A stretch of 64,000 nucleotides of DNA, from positions 11,782,001-11,846,000 of the forward strand of contig NC_045698.1 of the NCBI RefSeq assembly GCF_009834535.1. The letters are read 5' to 3'. Below are positions 1 through 13,170 of this stretch, in pieces. The number at the start of each line of letters is the position of its first letter. The stretch's first letter is position 1. Made by a program: the position numbers and the translations under genes. A model generated the notes under the pieces. It had not been told where the DNA came from, did not search any database, and saw only the letters and a program-made list of their open reading frames with translations. The stretch comes from Camelus ferus. Lineage: Eukaryota.

Positions 1-274
1 CCTCCTACCCGTAGAGAAAGAAAAGGGAAGGACCACTGCATTTTCTTCCCTGCAAATACACTCAGAACACACTGCTCTCTATGCCTCTAGCCAATTTCAT
101 ATACACGCTGCTTGTGTAAGTGGCACGTCCACCTCCTAGGCAGGCCTGTAGGGGATGTTTCCAGTATTTGTCCTTAGAACTGGGGAGATTTTATCACCTA
201 CTGCTCTGAGTTTTGAGACTGTAGTCACCCTAAAAACGAAGCCCTATTCCTTAGGCTGTTCTGTTCTGATTGTT

Positions 275-740
275 TTAGTTATCCATTCCTGGGTAACAAA
301 CTACCCCCAAGAGTAGTAACTTGAAACAACACGTTATTCTTTCTCCCAATTCCGCAGGTTGACTGGCTGCGGTTGGGTGTGTCTTCTCTCCTCTGTCGAC
401 TGGGTCCCCTCACTTATTTGCATTCAACTGGGTTGAGCTGAAAAGCTGATGCAGTCTTCACTCACAAATCTGGTACCCAGATGTTCCTCCATGGAGCCCC
501 ACTTTGTAGCTTGGGCTTCCTGATATAATGGCAGTTTCAGAGTAGTTGAACTTTTTAAAAGGCAGCTGGCTTCCAAGAGGGAAAGTAGAGGCCACCGGGC
601 TTCTTAAAAGATAGGCTGGGAACGGGCATATCTCCATATCTGTCACCGAAGGGAAAAAAGGCTTTGCCTCTGGATAGTAGGAGAGCTGTGCCGCTGTAAG
701 AAGAAATTGATGGAAGCCATCTTTGGAGACTGTTTATCAT
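275..740 (-). mobile_element. MaLR (MLT1-type) LTR, degenerate
   Basis: 'tagttatccattcctgggtaacaaactacccccaa...aacttgaaacaac' resembles the reverse-strand MLT1 end; boundaries approximate. Confidence 0.65.
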
Positions 741-744
741 ACCA

Positions 745-1122
745 ACCCCTCTGCCTGGAGTACTCTTTCCAAAGATCTTGACATGACCTCTGGTCTCCTT
801 CTCTTCATTCAGGTCTCAGCTCAAATGTCATCACTGGCCATCATCACCAAGGCCATCCCCAACCCCACCCACCTCACATAACCTGACAGTCACTCTGAGT
901 TTACCTTCTTCATTCTACTTCTTGTTTTTTTGTTTCTTGTGTATTGCCATTGTTTATTTTACAATATTCATGATTTATTTGTGTATCATCTCTCCTTAAC
1001 TTCCCACTCCCCACTGGGATGTAAGTTCCCTGACAGAAAGGAACTTGGCTTCCTTATTTTCTGCTGTCTCTTCATTGTCTAGAAAAGAGAAAGGACTCAA
1101 TAACTCTCTATAAATGAATGAA
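745..1122 (+). mobile_element. L2 LINE 3' end
   Basis: 'tcaggtctcagctcaaatgtca', 'tgtaagttccctga', terminal 'ctcaataa...aaatgaatgaa'. Confidence 0.75.
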
Positions 1123-1547
1123 CACCTAGCTCAGTTCTACCATCTTCAAAGTCAGCCGTCAGCAATCGTGGTTGATGGACACAAATGTCTTTATGTTTAT
1201 CAAAGATTTCATGAGAGAGTAGTATTTTTGGAACATTTTTTAAAAAAATCTCTAGAACAGTAAAGAAAATTTTTCAGTGAAAGTTTGGTATAAAATCAGT
1301 ATTCTGACTCCAATAACACTTTGCTTCTGAATAAACTGACCTTGGGTTTCATGAAATTTCTTAATTTCAATAAATGGCTAAACAGAATTTTATTTTCCCT
1401 GGGTGAAGTCAAGGGAGAATATTCATGTTACACCTTTGATTTTCCTTCTCATAACATTTTAATACATTGTCATAAATCAACATCATTAAGGGGACCATAC
1501 CTTAAGGTGAGAACTGACAAAAATTTATGCTGATACTTTTATTGGGA

Positions 1548-1640
1548 TAATAATGATAATAGCTAAATGTCTTGAGCACTTGCTTTTTGCCAGGTCCCGT
1601 GCTAAGTGTTTCACTTGGACTGACTCTTGTCTTATTCTAA
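1548..1640. mobile_element. MIR SINE fragment
   Basis: 'ataatagctaaatgtcttgagcacttgc...gccagg...gtgctaagtg'. Confidence 0.55.
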
Positions 1641-1794
1641 GCCTAGTGATCAGAAGGGCCTTCTGCTGCCTGTGTGGCAAGTGTCTATGACGTCCAGGAA
1701 TATGCCCTTAACAAATACCATCATTTGAACAACTTCCCTCCTGATCCTCTGCAAACTCCACAAGAAAAGAGAGAGGTACTATGACATATTACCT

Positions 1795-2890
1795 TTATTT
1801 TTATTGAAGTATGATTGTTGTACAATATCATATAAGTTACAGGTGTACAACATAGTAATTCACAATTTTTAAAGGTTATGCCCCACTTATACTTATTATA
1901 AAATACTGGCTATATTACTTGTGTTGTATAATATATCCTTGTAGTTTATTTTATGCATAATAGTTCATGCCTCTTACTTCCCTACCCCTATATTTCCCCT
2001 CCCCCTTGCCCTCTCTCCATTGGTAACCACTAATTTGGTTCTCTATATCTGTGAGTCTGCTTCTTTCTTGTTATATTCCCTAGTTTACTGTATTTTTAAG
2101 ATTCTACATATAAGTGACATCATATAGTATTTGTTTGTCTCCATCTGACTTATTTCACTTAGCATAATGCCCTCCAAGTCCATCCATGTTGCTGCAATAG
2201 CGAAGTTTTGTTCTTTTTTATGGCTGAGTAGTATTCCACCGTATATGTATACCACATCTTCTATATCCATTCATGTATTGATAGACACTTAGGCTGCTTA
2301 TATATCTTGCTAACTGCAGATAATTCTGCTATCAACAGTGGAGTGCATGTATCTTTTTGAATTAAGAGTTTTTGTTTTTTTCAGATATATACCCAGGGAT
2401 GGAATTGCTGGGTTCTATTTTTAGTTTTCTGAGAAACCTCCATACTGTTTTCCACAGTGCCTACACCAATTTATATCTCTCTGTGTACAGGGTTCCCCTT
2501 TCTCCACATCCTCACCAACATTTGTTATTTGTAGACTTTTTGATGGTAGTCATTCTGACGAGTGAGGTGATTTCTCATTGTGGTTTTGATTTGCATTTCC
2601 CTGGGGACTAGCGATGTTGAACATCTTTTCATGTGCCTATTGTCCATCTCTATTACCTCTTTGGAAAAATGTCTATTTAGTTCTTCTGCCCAGTTTTTAC
2701 TCGAGTTGATTTTTTGAAGTTGTGTTGTCTGAGCTGTTTATATACATTGGGTATTAATCCCTTATCAGTCATATCATTTGCAAATGTTTTTGCTCATTTA
2801 GTAGGTTGTCTTTGCATTTCGTCAGTGGCTTCCTTTGCTGTGCAAAAGCTTTTAAGTTTAATTAGGTCCCATTTGTTTACTGTCATTTTT
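1795..2890 (-). mobile_element. L1 3' fragment (ORF2 C-terminus + 3'UTR)
   Basis: T-rich tail at left; ORF 2085-2270 gives 'FAIAATWMDLEGIMLSEISQ', the classic L1 3'-end translation. Confidence 0.92.
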
Positions 2891-4855
2891 ATACCTTTTA
2901 AGAGTGGTTGCCCCTGCCCTAGAGTAAGCAGTATACTTTACTTAATTAAACATAAGACTCACAAGCAGTTTTCTTACTTTAAGATGTTAATCAACATTTG
3001 TCCCCAAAATAGTGTCTTTCTACTTCAACAAGAAATACTAATTATATGAGTTTTAGCTGTCTCTTTTAAATTGCATTTCTATTTAATGACATCTTTCTGT
3101 AAAGGAGTAAGGACAATTGCAAGCTTAATAAGTTATACGTCTTATTATGTACATCTGCTTATACTTTAAATAAATAACAGCTTTTGAATACGAATCTGTA
3201 ATCATATGATACATCAAATGCTATTCTAAAAATCAGTTTTTAATAAAATCCTCCCTAAACTTGTAAGTGTATTTTGACTTTCCAAATTGATGAATGTGCA
3301 TAGGCTTTCCACAACTACTATCTTGTAAGGCATAAAACTAAAAAATTCTTGGAAATATGCCCATGCAGTGGTTGTCTCTCAATGCCCATAACATAGCTAG
3401 CTATTCCCTGCTGAAAACTCTGGTCTCAAGATCACTGTTCATTTAATTGATGGCTACTGTCTTCATCACACAGCTGTTAGACCATCAAGAAGATAGTTAA
3501 TGAACTTGGCAATATATATTGCATTAACTTTTTTGCCCTAAGGTTAATCATGAGATTATTTTCAAATGTGCTTTTGATGTGCTAAGCATCCCTAATAAAT
3601 ATGATTAAGTAAAATAAGTTGAGAAGAAGAACATCAATTCAATGAAAACTGCTTAACATTAGGCAGTAGGTTTATATCTGAGCAAAGGGAAATTTAGTGT
3701 CTGTACTTCATGGCTCTTAAAGAGTATTTGGCTGTGACCCAGACACTAAGATTTACCTTCACTGAGCTAAGCCAGGAACACCGATTTATACACCAATATA
3801 ATGATCTTCAATTGAGTACTATTCAGGGCTTTATTTTTGTATACAATATGCTCTTTTTTCCTTCTCTTTACAACAAAATAAGCACTATAATCCTTGGCTA
3901 AAATAATAGTAGAAGATATTCTGTGACTCAATCAATGAGGGGAATAAACAATGTTGAAATAGTAGATGCCTAAGAACAAAATGTGTTTTATAAAAGAAAG
4001 ACTTATAAGTAAATTTACATCAGATATTAAACCTTTCTAAAGTAAAATCTATTCACTCAAAAAAAAAAAGAAACCTAGAACAATATAAACTTCCCTTGAT
4101 GTTGCAAATGCAGCTACCTTTGCCTCAAATATCCCTCCAGTATTTCTCCTTCTGAGTACCATCACTGTAGCCCTTGCTGACTCATTCAGTATTAGACTAA
4201 GCTCTAAGAATAACAATAAACTATACAGCATTTAGAACAACAAAGATTATACGAATCAGTAGAAACCCATTTTGTGATACAAATTTCTTTATTAGTTTCT
4301 ATTAGTCTTATTAAGAAAAATAGTCTTAGATTTCAACTTCCTATTATTTGTCCAAATCTAAAACAATGTTTTTAAAAACATTTTGATACCATCAATTTAG
4401 TCACTTTCTCCTGTGCCAGTCAAATTCCCAGAGTGACTATAATGATGACATCAGTTTGGTAATAATGGAAACCGCCATCAAAGAGAGGAAATTAGTTCAG
4501 ATTTGAAAGGGTCCTTTTTTTTTTTCCCCAAGTGAAAAATCAGTACTCTCTCCCCTCTTAGCACAAAATGCACTTGCTGGGCTGGAAAAATCCCATTCAG
4601 GCTTCCTGGACGCAGACTTCCATCTGGCTTAATCTTGGCTGAAGGGGAGAATCACAGAACAGATGACTGTTAAGGAGGACAGTCTGGTCACCTCTTGGTT
4701 TAGAAGGTGGGGAGGGCACCAGCGTCTACTACTACAGTCGCTTCCTCCTCCAGACATAGTCCCCATTAAGCCCATTGCTTTAAGAACATGCATTCCACCT
4801 CTTCATTAGATGACAGGCTTTAGCTATTTGGAGTATTTTTCAGAGAAGAATTTCT

Positions 4856-5105
4856 GCTTTTCAAGAATGGCTACATGAAAAATCTTCATTCAAAGCACTC
4901 TTTAGATTTCTCTAAGAAGAGGAATAAAACTACAAAGGTTTGTTTTCAAAACTCAAGTTCAAGTCCATAAATTTTTTTGTACTTTCCTATAATAGCTACA
5001 CAAAGTATTATTGAGGCGAAGTACTCTCTCTCTAGGTTTTTACAAGAAAGGGGATGAAACTACAAAGGTTTTTTTCAAAACCCTATGTTCAAGTCAATAA
5101 ATATT
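4856..5105. repeat. degenerate two-copy tandem duplication, unit ~125-130 bp
   Basis: both copies share 'aat(g/a)gctaca', 'aag(c/t)actct', 'aaactacaaaggttt', 'ttttcaaaac', 'gttcaagtc.ataaat'. Confidence 0.8.
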
Positions 5106-5787
5106 TAAAGTATCTAAAACACCATACTAATAAGAAGATAAGGATTAGAAGAGTTGGTAAGATCAAACTGAAAAATGAAAACAAACAAAATGCCATATTT
5201 CTACCTTCCAGTTGCTGATGTCTTGTCAGGGAACAAACGCAGGCTCTAATAATATGGTATAAACTGAGTTGATTTTGGCACCACTTTGCCAAGTGATGCA
5301 AAGAAAGTGCAAAGTCATTGGGCGTGGTAGGGATGTGGGTATCTAGGAAAGCTTTCTCAGTGTTGACAATTCAGTTGAAGCTTCGAGGTCTTCAACAAGG
5401 TGGAAGGGCATTGCAGACCCATGAAGGAGCTTGTACAAAGTCCCAGCAACCTGAGGGCTCAGATTCCATTCTAGGAAGAAGGATACAGTGAGGGATATAT
5501 AGAGGACAGGATGGGATGAAGTGGGGATAAAACTGTAAAAAGATGGAATGCTTGCTTATCTTTTTGCAATTCCTTTTGCCATTGTTATTTGGAAGTACAT
5601 AAACATATATTTCCTTTCCAGTGTGTGTCATGCTACCATAACTATCCAGAATCCAGAAAATGCCAAACAGTTCATGTGTTTCCCCTTGACAGTGCTTTGC
5701 CCATAGTGAGTCCATCTCAGGGGGTCCTAAATTGGTCTCCCATCTATAGTTTCTGGTACTTCTTCTCTTTATCATGGTTTTCTAGAT

Positions 5788-6010
5788 CAGCGGCCAAAGA
5801 ACATTTTCTGAAAAGGGCCAGATGGTAAGTATTTTAAGTTTCACAAGCCAAACATTCTTTTTTCACAGCTACTCAACACTGCTGTTATAGCATGGAAGCA
5901 TACATGGACAATAGATCAATGAATGGTGTGGCTGTCTTCCACTAAAACTTTATTTAAAAAGCAGATGGCAGACCGGATTTGGACCATTGGTTGCAGCTTA
6001 TGGACCCTTG
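5788..6010 (+). mobile_element. MER58A-like hAT-Charlie DNA transposon fossil
   Basis: 'ttttctgaaaagggccagatggtaagtatttt...taaaactttattta'; 8-bp TSD ttctagat (5780-5787) / ttctaggt (6011-6018). Confidence 0.85.
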
Positions 6011-6647
6011 TTCTAGGTTCATCAACTTATCTGTCTTCTCCAAAGACTCTTAGCTGTTCCTACTCTCTGTCTTCACTCCACACCGTTAGTTATTTGAAAT
6101 CATCAGATTTCCCATCTTGATGAATCTGGGGCAGGATCTGATTTTGGAGGCAAGGCTACAAAAGGTGGTCTTTTCTTGTCTGGCCCTCAAGATGAAGGAG
6201 CTAGAAGATAAGCCTCTTAGTACAACTCTAGGGTGTTATTGTGCTTGAAGCATCTCTCTCTTTTTTCTAGTTTTATGAAAGGTATCTTTCTGCTAATGTA
6301 GTCCTGTGGGCCAGGACTTGAGAATGAAACTAGATGTGTACTATATTCCAGGAAGGAGGTCAACCAGAAGTGGAAGGATGGGAGTTAAAGAAAAATATAA
6401 TCTTGCTATATTTGTAATCCCCAAACCTAGTTGTTGAGTGCCCTCACTTTGTCCATCCACTAATTTTCCTTTAACTGCTGTAACATGGGATCCAAAAAAA
6501 TGAAGCATTTCAACTTAATCTGTGATACAGTGGAAAATCACTGGGAATTTTTGATTAGGAGAAAAATGTGTCCAGACTTTCTTAAAGAAAACATAATTCT
6601 GATTTCAATGTACAATAAAGAAGAGCCAGTGTGTTTTATGTAAAAAT

Positions 6648-7010
6648 TCTCAGTGGTTGCCAAGGGTTGGAGGGAGGGAGGGATGAATAGGCAGAGCTGG
6701 GATTTTTTTAAGGCAATGAAACTACTCTGTATGGTATTAGAATGGTGGAGACATCTCATATATTTGTTCAGATCCATAGAATGTACACCACCAAGAATGA
6801 ACCCTAATGTAAACTATGGACTTTGGGTGATAATGGTTCATCAATGTAGGTTCATCCATTGTAACAAACGTGCCACTCAGATGCAGACTTTGATAATGAG
6901 GGGAGGCTGTACATGTGAGGGGAGGATGTATGTGAGAAATCTCTATACCTCTGCTCAATTTTGCTATAAACCTGAAACTGCTCTAACAATTAAATTCTAG
7001 TTTTAAAGAA
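6648..7010 (+). mobile_element. old L1 (L1MC-like) 3'UTR
   Basis: 'cagtggttgccaaggg', 'aatgtaaactatggactttgggtgataatg', 'tcaatgtaggttcatc'. Confidence 0.8.
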
Positions 7011-7199
7011 GTCTCTGACAAGGAATAATCCTAGATTTAACTTGTCAGATGGGTATGTGGGTGCCATTTACAGCCCTAGAAGACACCCTCAGTAGACCCA
7101 CAAAGACAGAATCTCCAAAGGAGGAGGGGGTGTTGGAAGAGCTGTAAAGGGTTTGTCCTAAGACTGTAGTCTAGACAGAGTGCCGCTGTGTCAAGCAAA

Positions 7200-7710
7200 C
7201 AGGATGCAGATTATATTTCCCAAGATGGCAGCCACAAGAGCTCCCATCCACACTTCTTCCTCTGTGATGCTGTCACTCCTCCCATAGAGGGGTGGGGGGT
7301 TTGTTTCTCCCCTTGAATCTGACAATAGCAGAAATGATGCTATGGAACTTCCAAGGTTGTGACATGAAAGTTTACACAGATTTCACCTGAACCTCCTGAG
7401 ATACTTGGTTCTGGAACTCAGCCACCGTGCTATGAGGAAGTGGCAAGACCACACAGGGGCTGGGATAACTTTCAGGCCAAAGCTCCACTTAAAGTCTCAG
7501 CCAATAGTCAGCATCAACCTCCTGACATGTGAGCGCGTGAGTCACAAGTATCTCTAGCCCCAAACATCCTCTGCCACAATAGCATGAGAGGCCCCCAAGC
7601 AAACACTGCCCAGCTGCGCTCAAACAACACCCAGAACAATGAGAGAAAAAAATGAAGTGATTTTTGCTGCTTTGGTGTGATTCCTAACATGACAATTGAT
7701 AACTAAGTAC
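7200..7710 (+). mobile_element. MaLR (MLT1-type) LTR
   Basis: 'ggaactcagccaccgtgctatgaggaag', end 'gacaattgataactaagtaca'. Confidence 0.7.
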
Positions 7711-8075
7711 AAGAGGTACAAAAAGAGAAGACCAATTGGATAGTTGTTGCTATTTAAAAAGCTAGTAGAAAATAATAGTTAATAATATCATACCTGGTTC
7801 TTACATTCACTTTTTAATATTTCAATCAGGTGGCCCAACATTTCTTTTAGGGACCACCATGCAGCTCACCTTCCCCGTGTGTGCTATCAGCATTGACAAG
7901 ATCCTGCTTTCTCCTAGGTAGTTGGTCCACATAAGCCAGAAGCCTGCGGATATACACATTATGCTCAAATACTTCCCATGAATTTAATTTAAAAATTAAG
8001 AACACTGCTTATCACTCCATAGGTATTAGGCTGATAGAGAGAAGTCACAATGTATCAAATCCTAGCGTACAACGC

Positions 8076-10050
8076 ATTTTTATTGAAGTATGGTTGATTT
8101 ACAAAATTGTGTTATTTTCAGGTATAGTGATTCTATTATATGTGTATGAATACATACCTATATTCTTTTTTTTCTACTCTTTCCCATTATAGTTTATTAC
8201 AAGATGTTGAATATAGTTCCCTGTGCTACACAGTACACCCTCATTGTTTATCTATTTTATATATGGTAGTGTGCATCTGTTAATCATACACTGCTAATAT
8301 AAATTACTATCCCTTCCCTGCCCTTCCCCTGTGGTAATCATAAGTTTGTTTTCTATGAGTCTGTTTCTGTTTTGTAAATAAATTCATTTGAACTTATTTT
8401 TTAGATTCCACATATAAGTTGTATAACTGTCTGACATACTTCACTTAGTATGATAACCTCTAGGTCTGTCCACGTTGCTGCAAATAGCATTATTTCATTC
8501 TTTTTTATGGCTGAGTAGTATTCTAATGTGTGTGTGTGTGCGCGCGCACGCACATGCATGCACATAAAATATCTTTATCCACTTATCTGTTGATGGACGC
8601 TTAGGTTGCTTCCATGCCTTGGCCATTGTAAATAGTGCTGCTATGAACACTGAGGTGTAGGTGTCTTTTTGAATTAGAGTTTTTGTCTTTTCTGGCTAGA
8701 AGTGGGATCCTGGATCATATGATAACTCTGTTTTTTAGTTTTTTAAGGAAACTCCATACTGTTTTCCACACTGGTTACACCAATTTACATTTCCACCAAC
8801 AGTGTAGGAGGGGTCCGCTTTCTCCATACCCTCTCCAGCATTTATTATTTGTAGACTTTTTTTTAACATTTTTTATTGATTTATGATCATTTTACAATGT
8901 TGTGTCAAATTCCAGTATAGAGCACAATTTTTCAGTTATACATGAACATATATATATATATATATATTCATTGTCATATTTTTTCTCTGTGAGCTACCAT
9001 AAGATCTTGTATATATTTCCCTGTGCTATACAATATAATCTTGTTTATCTATTCTACAATTTTGAAATCCCAGTCTATCTCTTCCCACCCCCTGCCCCCT
9101 TGGCAACCACAAGTTTGTATTCTATGTCTGTGAGTCTGTTTCCGATTTGTATTTATGCTTTGTTTTTTGTTTTTTATGGTTTTTTTAGATTCCACATATG
9201 AGCGATCTCATATGGCATTTTTCTTTCTCTTTCTGGCTTACTTCACTTAGAATGACATTCTCCAGGAGCATCCATGTTGCTGCAAATGGCGTTATGTTGT
9301 CGTTTTTTATGGCTGAGTAGTATTCCATTGTATAATTATACCACATCTTCTTTATCCAGTTATCTGTTTGTTGATGGACATTTAGGCTGTTTCCATGTCT
9401 TGGCTATTGTAAATAATGCTGCTATGAACCTTGGGGTGCAGGTGTCATCCTGAAGTAGGGTTCCTTCTGGATATATGCCCAGGAGTGGGATTCCTGGGTC
9501 ATATAGTATATTATTTGTAGACTTCTTTGATGATGGTCATTCTGACCAGTGTGAGGTGATACCTCATTGTAGTTTTGATTTGCATTTCTCTAATAATTAG
9601 TTATGTTGAGCATCTTTTCATATAGATCAATAGAGTGCCTATTGGCCCTCTGCATTCATTGGAGAAATGTCTATTTAGGTCTTCTGCCCATTTTTTGATT
9701 GGGTTGTCTGGTTTTTTGTTACTGAGCTGTATGAGCTATTCATATATTTTGGAAATTATGCTTTGTTGGTCACATTGTTTGCAAATATTTTCTCCCAGTC
9801 CATAGGTTGTCTTTTCATTTTGTTTATGGTTTCCTCTGCTGTGCAAAAGCTTATAAGTTTGATTAGGTCTTAGTTGTTTATTTTCATTTTTAATTCTACT
9901 GCCTTGGGAGGCTGATCTAAGAAAATGTTGCTGTGATTTATGTCAGAGAATGTTTTGCCTATGTTCTCTCCTAGGAGTTTTATGGTGTCATGTCTTATGT
10001 TTAAGTCTTTAAACCATTTTGAGTTTGTTTTTGTGTATGGTAAGAGGAGG
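8076..10050 (-). mobile_element. L1 3' fragment, interrupted by a younger L1
   Basis: ORF 9870-10088 contains L1 ORF2-like 'PYTKTNSKWFKDLNIRHDTIKLLGENIGKTFSDI'; T-rich tail near 8076. Confidence 0.92.
8859..9508 (-). mobile_element. young 5'-truncated L1 nested in older L1
   Basis: 16-bp TSD tattatttgtagactt at 8843-8858 and 9509-9524. Confidence 0.92.
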
Positions 10051-11027
10051 TGTGCTAATAAATTTGTTGATTTACATGCACAATGCATTTTTAATTTTGC
10101 AAAAATTATCTTTTTATCTTGAACGTATTAATTCATCTTTTCCTTTTTTTTTTTTTTTACTAATGCAGTCACATATCTCCTGGGATCACTACGAATCTTG
10201 ACAAGGCCCTGTGGGATGTACTTTTACCTAATTATAGAAGCAACTCCAATGACCTATCGTTCATTTGGATGTGAAGAGATGCATGACTTAACAGGGTCAC
10301 ATTCTCGGGCTAATTCCACTCTTCAGTCAACCAGAGGCAGCTGCTTGAGCACGTCCAAGGATATAGATTGTGGCCACTCCTGTTTCCATGCCAACATCCA
10401 CCCCCTTCATTCTCTCCAGACAAAATTCTCTCTCACTTTAGGGCAAGGAATTAATATCACTTCTCTGGCTTCTGCTGCCCATTCCTTCTTTTAATTTGTA
10501 TAACCACACTCCTCACTTCTTCTCTCCAAGATCTGAGAATAAGGTGTCTTTTATGTTTCAAGTCAAAATCTTCATCTTTCTTCTTAAGCCTTCCTCTTCC
10601 CATCTTCTTAGAGACTTTCTCCACAAATAATTCTCTCTTCTGTATCTTCAGCTTCTTTCTCTTTCCTGACTCTAGAAAAAATTTTTAAACTTTTCCCATG
10701 CTAAAGATCAACCCTCCCTTGTTCTTGCATCTCTTGGATACCTCCCTATCTTTCCTTCCTAACCAACCTTTTTGAAAATGTTGTCAGTATTTGATATCTC
10801 TTGCTCAATTCGTATTCATTCCTTGTTCTAGCATCATCTGGATATTGCCCACATCATTTGAATGATTAGGGTCACCAATGAACTTCTGAAATTAAAACAA
10901 GATTTATTGAACTTGTTTTTTGTAAATCTTTAGAGGTTCTCGACCATTTCATCCTTTGGAAATAACCTAAGTTTCTTCCCTGTTTCCCACATTGCTCTCT
11001 CCTAATTTGACTTGTCTTCACTATCTT

Positions 11028-11181
11028 CATTCCCTCCTTCCTTCTTTCTTTATTTTTTTCTTTTCTTTCTCTCCCTCTCTCTCCTTCTCTCTCCTTCTCT
11101 CTCTCCCTCTCTCTCCTTCTCTCTCTCTCTCTGTCTCTCTCTGTCTCTGCGTCTGTCTCTGTCTCTCTGTCTCTGTCTCTC
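11028..11181. repeat. (CT)n / (CTGT)n low-complexity tract
   Basis: directly visible; produces the spurious R/E-rich ORF 10872-11186. Confidence 0.95.
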
Positions 11182-11198
11182 AACATTATATAGGGTCT

Positions 11199-11585
11199 TG
11201 CATTAGTCAGCTCAGGCTGCCATAACAGAATATTATAGATTGGGTCACTTACAACAGAAATTATTTTCTCAGAGTTCTGGAGACCAAGAGTCCCAGATCA
11301 AGAAGCCAGCTAATTTCAGTTCCTGGTAAAGCTTCTCTTCCTGGCTTGCAGATACCACCTTCCTGCTATCATCTCACGTGGACTTTCCTCTATGCACACA
11401 CAGAGAGTAAGAGAGATCTCTCTCTCCTCCTCCTCTTCTTATAGACCACAAGTCTATGGGATTGAGGCCCCACCCTCATTGAATCTTAATTTCCTCCTGA
11501 AGATCTTATCTCCAAATACAGTCATGTTGAAAGTTAGAGCTTCAACAAATGAATTTGGAGAGAGGACATAATTCAGTCCATAGCA
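11199..11585 (-). mobile_element. MaLR (MLT1A-like) solo LTR
   Basis: starts 'tgcattagtcagctcaggctgccataaca', ends 'attcagtccatagca'. Confidence 0.85.
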
Positions 11586-12221
11586 GATATAATTTGTCAC
11601 ATACAAAGTAGGCAGAGGCACACAGCTCCAGGTTTGCTTGCAGATCAGGCACCTCTCTCTTTCCCCTCTCCTGCCCTTGGTGAGTTGTTGGCATTTACTT
11701 TTACACCTGTTAGAATCCCAAGATGAATGCCACATCCTCAGAGGTTTTCCTAGAGAGGCTGAAACCAGGCAAATCTATGTGCCAGGTCCAGTTTTTAGGA
11801 GCAAGAAAAATACTAGCAGCCCTCAGACTCCCCTTTTCTCTTCCTGACCATCTCTGCCTCACATGCCCATGGATTCTCATACCACTGGCAAGGGGCAATT
11901 TCCATGACCGGTTCATTCTAATCAATATCCACTTTCCCTGGGATAATGGGGGCACGACTCTATATCTATCAGCCACGCAGGCAGGAGGACATGGTGACTT
12001 CTTGCTCTCTGACTGCTCTCTCTGTCTCCTTCATAATGTCTTCTTACTTCAATTAGCCTCTTCAGTTTTGGTCCTCCAGGATTTCTTACTTGGACCAACA
12101 TTCTCTCTATACTTTTTTCCCAGATAACTGCATTTATTTCCACTGTTTGCTTTATGCCTCACACATTATAAATTTCCAAATCATTTTCTCTAGTCTAGGT
12201 ATTGTCTATTGGCTAAGGTTT

Positions 12222-12224
<3 letters not shown>

Positions 12225-12268
<44 letters not shown>
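12225..12268. repeat. (AC)22 microsatellite
   Basis: perfect dinucleotide run. Confidence 0.97.
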
Positions 12269-12271
<3 letters not shown>

Positions 12272-13170
12272 TATATCTTCCCGGCATTTGTACCAGGATT
12301 TTTCACAGACATCGCAAAGTCAGCATGCTGAAAAATGAAATTCATTGTTTCCACTTCCAATGCTACACATTCTCCAATCTTTAGTATTCTTTCTGTTGTT
12401 GCTGGCAGCATCCCGTAATATTCACTCAAGCAAACAAACCACCATTATCTTAGGTGCCTTCTACTTCCTTATCTACCACATCCTTTTAGTTATCAATATC
12501 TCACAAATCTCTACCATTTTTTCATCCTCACTGCTGAGCCTTCCTCCCCTAGCTTCATTTCCTACCACCCTCCTCTTGTCTTATTACAGTATTTATCAGT
12601 CAGGACCTGCTTCTATTAATGAGCATCTTTGTCTGCATATCTTTCATCACTGCCAAACTTTAAGGTCCAAGAGAGCAAAGACCTTCTCTTTTACATTCTT
12701 GTACCCATTGCAACTACAGCAACCTGGTACCTGGTAAGCCCTTATGAAATTAAGTTCAGTTCAGCCACCCAAAGGCACATATACAGAAATGACAACGCGA
12801 TGTCCTTGCACTGGGCATTTTCTCCTCTCAACATAAGATCATTCCCTCAAGTTTCTTTGTAACTTTCCAAAATACTGAGTATAGTGCTTCCAGTAGTGAT
12901 GACCAACATATTTAAAAATATCAATAGATTAACTCCTAAAAAAGTGTGGATGGGCATAGCATTAATTTATTTTTCCTCTTTGTATGCAGTGCTTTTCTGT
13001 CTGCATTATACATGGACTCCCCGGAGTGGTCACCATCAGAATGTTTAATTCCATAAGATGGAATCTTGGCTCAGATCAGGTCTATGGTGTCTTCTGTATC
13101 TCATGGCTTATGATTCCATGATTATAAGCTTGCTGAGAAAAGCGAGTTCATTTTGACAAAAATAAGCCCA

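Larger units (their letters stand above)
10430..12740 (+). mobile_element. fragmented L2 interrupted by microsatellites and LTRs
   Basis: pyrimidine-rich L2-like segments at ~10430-11020 and ~11990-12740. Confidence 0.55.

Noticed and set aside
4049..4231. Minus-strand exon candidate (ELSLILNESARATVMV...)
   Set aside because: No good donor, and the DNA resembles a decayed L2 fragment
10872..11225. R/E-rich and S/L-rich ORFs
   Set aside because: Translations of the CT microsatellite
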